A DNA stretch of 64,000 nt from Raillietiella orientalis (lineage: Eukaryota), in the NCBI GenBank assembly GCA_036172245.1, contig JAYWIR010000069.1:310001-374000 (forward strand), in the 5' to 3' direction. The notes below the pieces were generated by a model. It was not told the origin of the DNA. It did no database searches and saw nothing but the letters and a program-made list of their open reading frames with translations. A program made the translations under genes and the position numbers. Shown piece by piece: positions 1 to 10,040 of the stretch; within the stretch, counting starts at the first letter, position 1, and every line of letters begins with the position of its first letter.

Positions 1-839
1 GAACGGGTTCGGGAGGCACTCCATGGAAGTGTTCGGCACTGGCGGCGAAATGCCGTGAGACGAAAGCGTTCATTTGCTTCAACTTGAGAGTGGGGTGTCG
101 ACCTGCGATCGTGAGCCGAGAGTCGAAACAGTTTTTTCTCGTCAAAATGCGACGGGTACTGAGCTTTCCGGAACCCTCGAGTACCGAACCACCACTGTAA
201 AATCAGCTGAGGCAATTGGTGGGAGCAGTTCTTAGCCGCTCTTGAGGAATGCGTTCTCAGCCTACGCACAGAGAGGGAAGAATCGCTCAAAGTAGACTCA
301 CAGAAGAAGCTGCAGGGGGGAGCACAACAAGAAAAGGTGAACACACACGCACATGCGATGCATCTGAAGCATGCAAACGCGGTTCTCGGGAAACCGAGGA
401 TCGAAAGAAATTTCCACTTCCCGCCAAGGCGACCGTGAAGGCGAGATCACCCGCCCTGCATCCCACCATCGCCAGCAGGATGTCCTGAGGAACCACTCCC
501 AGATCGGAAGCCACGGCATCTCTCTTCCCGTCCACTCTGGAGAGAACTGAGTCCAGCGAACTGCCGGTTCGACTCCGAAGATCACGAGATCGCGTCTCTC
601 GGGGAAACAGTGGACAGTCTGCGATCTGAAGCCGTCGGCTCCACCCTTTCGCTCGTCCGAGCAGCCGCTCTTTCCCGCGCCGCTTTCTGGAAAGTTCAGT
701 CCCACCATGGAGCGAGGCCACCATCGCGCTTAGCGCCATCTCCACGCAGTGGAACCGATCGCCCCCTCAGGGGTGGGGGTGGGGGCTCAGGAAAATCTTC
801 AAAACTGCTCACGCTACCCGAGGATGAGCACAGTAACTC

Positions 840-1250
840 TTCAAGTTTGGGGGTACCACCCTATGAATCCGGGAAGGCTCCGGGAGAAGGAATCTCTTTA
901 TCTCACTCTTGATAGGGAAGCTCCGGAGGAAACTTCTTCCCCATTCTGTTCGGAGGGACCCACCAGAGGGCACCAGGCGTCATTTCTTCCCCAGAGGGAT
1001 CCCCAGGAAAGCATCTGCTCCCTGTTTCCTCCCCCGCAGGGACGCCTCTCATTTTCTCTGGAGACCGCTTCCCCCGAAGGAAGCAGCACGCTTCTTGACG
1101 CGCTCCGGAGAGGAACAACCATACCCGTGGTGCGCGATGGAGGGTCCTCCAGAGGGGGAAAGGACGGCTCCATTTTCACAACCGGAGGAGAGCATCTAAG
1201 GGAACCGGCGCCCCTCCATTCCTGCAACGACCTTGGGTCAACTTCCAATC
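840..1250 (+). repeat. Dispersed, internally repetitive GC-rich family (cores GAGGGA(A)CCC and ATGAATCC(A/G)GGAAGG), copy 1; possible LINE 5' UTR monomer array
   Basis: atgaatccgggaaggctccggg at ~863 resembles motifs at ~48823, ~50806 and ~61039; repeated gagggac/tcc cores. Confidence 0.55.
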
Positions 1251-1283
1251 ATGGCCAGTCATCGGGGCACCCAGTTTCCGCAA

Positions 1284-1390
1284 TGGATCCAAATATAGAT
1301 GGATATTTCCATGTACAGATGGATGGATCCATTTATAGATGAATGGATCTAGGCATAGATGGATGGATCTAGCTAGAGATCGACAGATCT
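1284..1390. repeat. Degenerate ~20-bp minisatellite (ATAGATGGATGGATCC/T)
   Basis: About 5 imperfect units visible directly. Confidence 0.7.
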
Positions 1391-2053
1391 TGACAGATAG
1401 GTTAATAAATTGTACGTTAATCAACAGATTGAGTTCTATATTAATGTGTTTACTAGTATATGTGATGAGCTTATGTATTCACTTTCAAGACCTTTCGGGA
1501 TTTTGATCAGGAACTTCTAGCGCGGTCCTCTTTGTGTGAGATTCTGGCACTTTTGATTGGATGTCGCGACTGTCCCCAGCGATGGGATTCACATGGACGG
1601 GTGGGTTACCCACGCGTGACACTTGTCGGTGGCTGCCCATGAGCCCTTTCCAGAGACGGTGAAAGGTGGACTGCGCTGGAAACGCACGGGGTCCGTCCAC
1701 GTTCGTGAGCTCGGAAGGCGATCGGCGAGTCCCTCGAGTGTGCTGAGGCGGAATACCACGTTGCACCCTGGAGCATCCGTTTTCTGGCGACAAGCGAGCG
1801 CCGATAGAAGCAGATCCAGGGCCGTGCGCTTCGGGAGATGTTCCTCAGGAAGCAATTGTTCTCGGTTACCACCCGTGTTTGCTTCTCCCTGTGAACGCGT
1901 GCCTGCTCCAGAAAGTTCATCGTGGCAAGCGCATCCACCCCAACCATGCAACGAAGGCCTGCCTCCCAACACTGACCTGGCAAGTTTAGGTCGGGAGAGT
2001 TGTGGACTCTCTACTGACCGGGGAAAGGAAGCCGAAGGGGAGAAGCGGCGCCC

Positions 2054-4714
2054 GGAGCCCTTGCGGTCGCAGTCGATTGGCGTAAAGCTTTCGATTTTCA
2101 CCCGGATTTCTCCGGGTCGTTTATTAAAAAATAAACTTTGTGAAAAAGATGTCAATGGCTGCAGCAATGCTCCAGCCACGAGCGAAGAACCACGGAGCCT
2201 GCCAAGGCACCGGTTCGCAGACCGGTACGGTCCGCCAAGGCAGCAGGGGAAGGGGGAAAAACAAAAACTAAACAAAAAGAAAAAAAAGGGTGGGGGGGTA
2301 CGGGAAGGGATCACTGCTGCTGCTGGGGCCGCATCATCCTTCTCAGGATGCCGGCAAGTTCTTTCTGCATTTGCAGAACCAGGTGGGGCCATCGCGACGC
2401 CCTCCTCAGGAATTGGGAGGCGCACTGGATGGCACCCTTATCGCGGGGTCCTCCCGTAGCCGTGCTCCAAGCGGCGACGATCCCACGAAGGCAGCACAGG
2501 GCTGCTAACGAGGCCGCAGACCGAAGGGCGTCGGAAACGAAGAGGGCTTTTAAGGCGTCCCTGGGGTTGCCGCAGGGGTTTCCGATGGCCGCGGCAAAGC
2601 GTAACCAAAGGGGCCGAAGGGCAACACAATCCACAAGCAGGTGGGGGAGGGACTCCCGTTCCCTACACCTAACACAATTGGGATCCACCGCTCCCCAGGC
2701 CCAATGATGTCGGCGGGCGTTGCAGGGGAGTCCCCAATGCTGCAATAGTAGAGCCGACTCCTGCCATTTTAAGGGGAGGGTGGAAGTGTTCATGAGCACC
2801 GGGGACCACTTCAGATGTTCAATCGGAACATCGAGCAGCGCTCGTAAAGCTTTCGACTGCGTCGACCAGGAACTCCTCCTGGAGCTCTTGGAACGCATGG
2901 GATTTCCGGCCGTCTTCCTGGCCTACCTGCGCTCCTGCTGGCGCTTCGCGTTTATCAATATTAATTTTAGCGGCTGGTACGTGTACGGCGTGCCGGTTCG
3001 TCGCGGCATCCGGCAGGGCGACAGCCTCAGCCCCCTGCTCTTCAGCATCTACTTTGAGTTGGTTCTGAGAGCATACAGGGAGACTTTGGCAACCCTGCCG
3101 AGCTCGTGTTCTGGCACGCCTGCCGTGTCGGCCTATGCCGACGACCTTCTTGTACTGCTTGCCGGGTCCACCCCGGCATCGGCGCTCGAGGATTTCTTCG
3201 AGTTGCTGCACCGTGGGACGGGCCTCGAGGTAAACAGGACGAAGTCGGCGTTACTATTCACGGACTCGACGCGGGCCGAACGGTCGGACTGGATCCGCTT
3301 GGGGATCCCCACGGGCGGGTACATCAAGTACCTTGGCGTTCCGTTGGGGGACTTCTGCGCTGCAGAAGCCTGGTCCGACCGTCTCCAAAAGGTGGAGCTG
3401 GCGATCGGCCCGTTCCGGGACGGCAAGTTTTACTTGCAGGAACCGACCGCAGTGTGGAACGCCTTTGCGGACCCCCTACTTCGCCCCCTACTTTCTGTGT
3501 GTCCCGCCCCTCCCCAAATTAGGACACGGACAAGGGGCCTCATACGGGGGGCCCTCTGGGGCAACCGGAGGCCCCGCGTCCGGCTTAAAGACTTGTGCGC
3601 TCCACGCAGGGACGGTGGACTTGGTCTCCTGACGGAGCGCATGGAGCGACAGCTCCAATTCCGAAAACTTGCCCTTGTGGCAAAGTATTGGACAGCACCC
3701 TGGTGTGCGCCGGCAAGACTCCTCGCTCACAGGGCAACCGGCTGCTTCGGATTGACCTCAACCCTAGTAGCCAACGACCGTAGCCTGAACCATTGTGGAT
3801 TTTAGCTACGGGACTTGGTTGCCCTGTTGAGAGACAATCCGTGGATCTCCTGCATCCCTGCGGACTGGACTACCTCGCTCCAGGAGTCCGTTTCCGCATG
3901 GGCTAAAATCAACGGCTCCAGTGATGAGGACTTCTCCTGGCTCCGTAGAGGCAGGTACGCTGGTCAGCCACTGCAGGAGATCGTTTCCAACCCACGGAAA
4001 CTTCTGTGGGCTTCCTTTACCCCCCTTGCCGCCGTGCTCCCTCCCTCAGGGAAGCCAGGGACAGATAACAGGAGGTATCGTGGGAAATGTCCTGCCTCAT
4101 CGGAGGCAGGAAAAAACCGCTGAAGGCGTGGACGTCCCGGGAACTAGTACCCCGAGTGTCCCGCCGAATGGACTTGTACGCTGGGGTGCGCTGCTCGACG
4201 TACCTCCAGAGGAGGTGAAGTGGCCCTCAGCGTCTTGGGATAACGGCACCTTTCCCCTGCAATGGCAGGAGACGGCGTTGCTTCTGATCTATTGGGACTT
4301 TTAAGCAGAGCGCGCCTGTCTCACTGGACATCGGGGAGTGTGGATGCCAATTGTGCAGAGTGCGGGGAAAGGGTTACCTTCCCTCACTGAATCATCGAGT
4401 GTGTTGCCCTCCGTCATATGTGGGATCGACTCTCGTCGATCCTGAACATTCCGGGGGACGACTCTAAGAACATTTTTCGACTCCTGATGCGGGACGCCTT
4501 GCCATCCTCCGGGTGTGTAGCAGTGCTCTGTTGCATACGCGGAATCCTGGATAAGTGGACCGCGTCTTGGAGAGGCCGCACCAGTGGGAGTGCCATTCAC
4601 TGGGCAGTCATCTCCTTGGAGAAGGCCTGCCGTTGGCGCCGACTCAAGAAACATTTGCCGGCACTTGTTCGCATCCGAAACCGGATGCAGAGGCCTCCTC
4701 ACGGCGTACCGTGA
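2054..4714 (+). pseudogene. Reverse transcriptase ORF2 remnant (interrupted; stops and frameshifts after 3805)
   Basis: GALAVAVDWRKAFD at 2054-2095 resumes after the nested insertion at 2857: GIRQGDSLSPLLF, YADD (3134-3145), GLEVNRTKS, IKYLGVPL, GGLGL; degenerate zinc finger near 4350. Confidence 0.93.
2095..2842 (-). mobile_element. ~750-bp 5'-truncated LINE copy inserted antisense into the RT KAFD motif, 14-bp TSD
   Basis: CGTAAAGCTTTCGA at 2081-2094 and 2843-2856; encodes CVRCRERESLPHLLVDC zinc finger and C-terminus; 3' end AATAAACG-ACCCGGA-GAAA-TCCGGGT-GAAAA. Confidence 0.93.
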
Positions 4715-6283
4715 TCCCCTTTCTTCCCCCCCCCCGCCCAAAAAACATTGCTCCCTAGGCGTTTTTCTTTTTTTGTTTTATTTTTGTTTTTCCCGCCCCT
4801 GCGCCAGTGTGGGGGACCTTACCTGTCTACGGGTCGGTAAGGACAAGTCTCCCAAGACATTCAAAACTTCTGTGATGACCTGAAAGAAAAACATTGTTTT
4901 AAAAAAAAGACTTTATTATGGAATTTTTTTTCAATGTAAAAATTTTAATAATAAAAGCCCCAGCTCACCCGGGTGAAAGACCTGGCAAGTTTCAGCAGCA
5001 GGAGAAGACCTAATCTGGCTCGCTCCTTGCATTCGTGTGATGTGCACGCTGCTGTCAGGACAAATTCCCGGGGTTGAAACATCCTGGACAAAGGAAACTG
5101 TCAGATAAGAAACCCCCGGACCGGCACGGGCAAAGTGAGCGGCGCTTGACTGCTGGCTCTCGTTGACTCTGCACGGCACGCGTGAGTTCCTAGGGACGAG
5201 CAGCCCGGCGCCGGTGCACCTCCATTCTGCGCCAGCTGCAGGGCCGGAAATTCAGAGGAATCGGACCAGAAATCAGGTCTTACGCGGGGGAGGAGAGGGA
5301 GGGAAGATCGACTCCATGCGTGTCTCCCAGCTCAGGACTTGTATCTACGGACTAATTCCCGTCGCGGGGGCGACGTGGTCCACTCACGCATCAGAACTCG
5401 AGAACGCGGTGTGCGCCAAGCAGCGCGTTTCTTCCCCAGTGCGCACCATTTTGGAGGGGAAGGGAGAGGGAGGGTGGAAAGGGAAAGCAGCTGCTTCCGC
5501 ATCCTGGATTTGACCCTCTAATTGTGCCGCGAGGCATGAAGGATCCAGTCGAACCTTGGGATCGCGCCCTTCTTCCGCACCCAGTAGGGGAAACTCGTTG
5601 CCAGGCCAACGGAGCTTCGGGACAGATAAAAAAAAAACTTCTCCATCCTTTTCGCTCCGAGTGGTCGAGAGGGCAGCCTCATGGGGAAGCAAGGATCTCC
5701 GATGCGAGCTGCGCCTATTCGGAGGCGACCCTGGGTGTGGCCAGAGCGAACCGAGCAGCGCAACTCTGCGGCGCGGATGGCAATCACATCTCTCGGGCGC
5801 GCTCCTCCGTTCGCCCCTGCTCAGGAACGAGTCGGCGAGCAACTAGTCGGTGCTAAGAACACTTTGGCGTCGGAGAGCACCGCTCTTCCGTCATGGAGCC
5901 ACCTCTGCCTCAAGGATGCCCTTGCGATGGCACCGTGCGCCTCGACCTCGCCGAGGACGTGGATGTCGGCCCGACTTCGGCCAAATGGTTACCTTGGAGA
6001 GGGGGAAAACAGAAGCCACATCGCTCGGCTTCTGCAGTGAGCTAATCACTCGGGGGGAAGGTCAGCGGTTCGAAGTGGTCATTCGCCCGTCTGCAGCGTG
6101 GCGGCCAAGACGCTCGCCGGGAGCTCCGCAACCGTGCAAGATGCCTCGGGTGGGGTGAGGCTGGCCTCGTTCGCTCCAGCCCCTCCTTGCCCCAGTGTTG
6201 CCTTCTCAAAGGGAAGAAAGGGACAGTCAAACATCTGGAAAGGCCATTCTTATTTCAAATTTCAGATACAGCTTTCATGCCTT

Positions 6284-6988
6284 TGTGAGGTCACTTGACC
6301 GCATTGCAGCAATCACGGTCCCTGTGGCGGGGTGGCTGCGGTCTCCGCTCGCGTGGCACCGAATTCTCGGGTTCGAATTCCCCCCAAGGAAGAATCGACG
6401 CCTAGAGATGGGAGGTGCGTCGTGAATTTGCAGTCCCCCTCTTAGGGACGGCCTGATTGGTGGTCGTGTGCGGTACAGGTTCACCCGTGGTCACGGCGGG
6501 ACGTCAATTCATAAAAAATAAACGTACACGTCTGTGGAGTGACCTTTGATCCTGCCACGTTACTTATGAATACGAAAAGGGACCTGCCTGGAACTGGCCC
6601 GCAAACTGGCGAGATTCGCCACGGCAGCAGAGGGGAAGGGGACACAAACAAAAAGAAGAAAAAAATAAAACAAAAAACATACAGCAAAAAATGGAGGGGA
6701 GAGGGATTCTGGAATGGATGACTGTGTGCTAGAGGGCATGTTCTGCATCCTCGTAAGAATGCCGCCAAGTTCCTGTTTCAAGACTTCCAGATGGGGTCAT
6801 CTTGACGCCGTCCTCATGAAGAAAACAGGAAAATAGAAGGTGTTCCTGCCCTTCAGGACTCTTCTGGCGTTGCTCCATGCAGCCACGATCCCTCCGCGAG
6901 GGCAGCGCAGTGCTACTGGGGTCGCGGCCAGCGTGAGGGAGTCACGCAGGAAGAGGTGCTTTACAACGTATCTGACGTTGCCGCCGGG
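6284..6988 (+). repeat. Direct segmental duplication, partner 33986-34691
   Basis: Near-identical sequence; identical ORF translations at 6481-6768 and 34184-34471. Confidence 0.95.
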
Positions 6989-7108
6989 TGTTTCAAATGT
7001 AGCGGCAAAGCGTTTCCAAACGAGCCAGGGAGCAACGCAGTCCACTAAGAGGTTTGGGAGGTATTCCCGCTTCCCGCACCTTGCACAGTTTGTGTCCACG
7101 CAACCAGC
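6481..7108 (-). mobile_element. LINE 3' fragment (zinc finger, C-terminus, 3' UTR)
   Basis: NCARCGKREYLPNLLVDC; terminal motif GTCCCGCCGTGACCACGGGTGA on minus strand. Confidence 0.85.
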
Positions 7109-7809
7109 TGCAGCTCCAGTTTCGGACGCTTTGGCTCATGTCAAACCTCTGGAACACTACCTGGTGCCAACCTGCACGTATTTACGTCCAGTGAGCCACT
7201 GGCAGCGTGGGACTCCAGTCCTTCCTTGCGCACCCTCCACGCAGTCTTATCCACGGCGGACTGCACCTTCGACAAGTGGCCACGCTGCCAGAAATAACAG
7301 GGGGATCTCGTGCTGCCCCGCGAACGGTAGCGCCTGGTTGTCGGAAACCGTTCGCACGTGGGTGGGGATCCAGGAGCCCAGCGCGGAACAGGTGCGACGT
7401 TTCCTCTACGCGCGTAACAACAACAACGCTCTCCAGAGATCCTGGAAGATACCGTGAAGAGAGTGAGTGGGCAAGCAGAACCTTCCCCCACGCCGCTCTG
7501 CCCTCTCTCAGGGAACACATGGGAAGCAGCCTCGCGGGAAGAGGAGGGTTTACTGAGGAAATCTTCGTAAGGAAAAAAGGACTGGGCGAGTGGACGATGG
7601 TCCAGCTCAACAACGCCGTGACCCCGATTGCTCGACCTCGTGGATCTTTGCGTTGGGTCGTGAGTATTCCGTGGAAGGACCTGCAGTGGCGCCCGGTGCT
7701 CATGAACACCCGCACGCTTCCTTTCAAGTTGCAAAAGTCCGCATTGATGCTGCTGCACTGGGGACTCCCATGCAACGCCCGCCGGCATCACTTAACACGG
7801 GGGTGGTCC
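7109..7809 (+). mobile_element. Inverted internal LINE ORF2 segment; inverted partner ~34825-35500
   Basis: LQWRPVLMNTRTLPFKLQKSALMLLHWGLPCNARRHH matches the minus-strand ORF 34749-35090. Confidence 0.85.
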
Positions 7810-10040
7810 CACCCGGTCACGCCAGGGCGTTTCTTTCTAAACACAGTATATTTGCGGTACTAGGCCCCTCTACGGCCAATAGTTCATGGGGCCTTCCGGG
7901 AAGCCGGTACGCAGACCGGCTCGACACTCCTCGTCAGTGGAGGGGGATGGGGGAAAAACAAATAGAAAAAGAAAACAAAAAAAGAAACACTTCATCACAG
8001 TCCGCTGGAGGGAGAGTCTATCCTTCGCAGGATGCCGTCGAGGTCCCTCTGCATACTTTCCAGATGGGACTATCCAATCTCAATTTGCAGGTAGCGAGCC
8101 GCGTGTACGATGGCATCACTTTCTCTGCTTCTTCCATTGGTTGAGCTCTACTCAGCCACAATCCCTCCGAGGAAGCAGAGTGCTGCCAGGGCTGAGGCTG
8201 GTTGTAGGGAGTCCCGCACAAAAAGGAGACGCACGACGTCTCTGGGGAGCCTGCCGACCTGACTGGACCCGAAGGGTCGTCGCAAACCGTTCTCACAAGG
8301 GCCGGAGGGCAGCACAGTCCACTAAAAGGTGGGGAAGGGATTCCTTCTCCCTGCATACTACACACTTCTGTTCCACCTTCCCCAACGTCCAGTGGTGGCA
8401 GCGCGCGTACACATTTTCAATATCTCTGAACCAGTTCACATTTAAACACATCTGAGTCGAAAAACTCCTGGTCGACTGCAAGACGAGCGAGCTGGTGAAC
8501 GCCTCTACTCTTCGTTTCCGGGCGAAGGAACACCTTCGGTTACCTGCGGCGCGCTGCAACAGCAGCAGCGCCGATTCCTCCAGCTTGAAGGGGAGGGTGG
8601 ATGTTTCTCTAAATACCGGGGGCCACTTTAGGTCATCCAGAAGGATGCCCAGCAGCTCGCTCCATCTCTGAATTCCTCGCGGGAGGACGCTTGGGGTCGC
8701 GGCGTCAGCCAGTTCCCTCATGGTCCAACCGCTTAACAGCTTCTCCTTGCCCGCTATCCGGCAGGAGACTTGCCACCTCGGAATTCGGCTGCTGCCGAGA
8801 ACCCTCCTCAAGAAGGACAGTGCCGTGGTCAGTGGGATCGTCTCCAACCAAGTGCCTCTGGCGTCCCGCCACGATCATGTTCCGCAGCGTACAGCGGGTG
8901 TAGATGCCGGGACGCAGGCGGTTCCAGGATTCTCCACTAGACTGGTTCAACTGCTTCTTCCATTAATGCGCTGGGGTTGGCGGGGCTGCAGGTCATCCAC
9001 CCGTTCTCCTTTGCCAAGGTGGCCATGCGTCCGGGGAGAAGACCGCATCTTATTCTCCGGCCGGGGCACAGAAGAAAAGAGGAGAGCCCTCCCGCTCTGG
9101 ATACACGACTGGCGAGGAGGCGGGCCGGGAGGCACCGCAGCTGAATTTCCATCTGCTCCAGAGTCAGGAGGCCGAGGCCACCATCCCGACGTGGAACGCA
9201 CAAGTCCAACAGAGGCACACGAGGTCTCCCGCTGCCCCACAGGGTGATGCGCAGGAGGTCCTTTGTCCTCTTTTTCAAATCGCGGGGTACCTGAGAAATA
9301 AAAATCAGAGGGTGAAGGAGGGGGGCCGCAAACGCGTTCTACACCGCGGCTTGTTCCGGCAAGTGAAACTTGCCTTCCAGGAACGGGCCGATCGCCAACT
9401 CCACCTTCTGGAAACCACCTGATTAAGCTTCTGACTGAGAGAAGTCCCTCAGCGGAACGCCGAGGTACTTCAAGTACCTCTCCTTGGGGATCCCTAGGCG
9501 GATCCAATCAGGTCGTCCTGCCTACGTTGCACCAACCGCTACCACCGACGACTTCGCCCTGTTCACCCGTAGTCCTGTCCCGCGGCTCATCAAGTCGAAG
9601 AAATCCTCGACTGCCGAAGCCGGGGCGGACATGGGCAGCAGGAGCAAAAGATCGTCAGCATACACCGAAACAGCCAGCATACCGGGGTACGAGCTCGTCA
9701 GGGCAGCCAATGTCACCCTGTATGCTCTGAGCACCAGTTCCAAATAGGTAATAAAGAGCAGGGGAGTCAGGCTATCGCCTTGCCGTATGCCGCGCCTTAC
9801 CGGCACGCCGAACACGTTGTATCCTCTGAAAAAAACGGTGATGATCGCATTGCGCCAGCTGGCGCGCAGGTAGGCCGTTAAGGCGTCCGGAAAGTCCATG
9901 CTATCCAGGAGCTCCAGAAGAAGCTCCTGGTCGGCACAGACGGATGCCTTGTGCGGGTTGAACGCGACCGCAAGGCTCCCATTCCCGCCTGCCCTTCCTC
10001 CCCTGGCCGACGGACGCTCCGGAATTCCTGCTGCCCATCA
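7810..10040 (-). mobile_element. Truncated L1/Tx1-type element (RT, zinc finger, 3' end)
   Basis: GIRQGDSLTPLLF and YADD (9651-9662), GGLGLL, CVVCREKESLPHLLVDC, terminal CGCCCTGGCGTGACCGGGTG; 5' boundary uncertain. Confidence 0.88.

Larger units (their letters stand above)
1988..4978 (+). mobile_element. 5'-truncated L1/Tx1-type non-LTR retrotransposon with 14-bp TSD
   Basis: GACCTGGCAAGTTT at 1974-1987 and 4979-4992; RT, zinc finger, T-rich 3' UTR, ends AATAAAAGCCCCAGCTCACCCGGGTGAA. Confidence 0.92.
1790..6480 (+). mobile_element. Old degenerate L1/Tx1-type ORF2 (APE endonuclease, linker, start of RT), split by a younger insertion at 1988-4978
   Basis: ACLLQKVH (~1895-1920, like LQETH); after the insertion KIDSMRVS (like SRID), WSTH (like SDH), GGWK, then SKGRK...WK.AILISNFRY (~6205-6270, like PK..WRPISLLN.DY); boundaries approximate. 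Confidence 0.55.

Noticed and set aside
1790..2095. Non-autonomous lineage with a shared endonuclease-to-RT internal deletion
   Set aside because: The 14-bp TSD at 1974/4979 and resumption of endonuclease motifs after 4993 show an insertion, not a deletion; the similar case near 10 kb is ambiguous
2720..3805. 361-aa ORF as a functional standalone RT (retron or group II intron-like)
   Set aside because: Its N-terminus is antisense sequence of a nested insert, and the remainder is a truncated LINE ORF2
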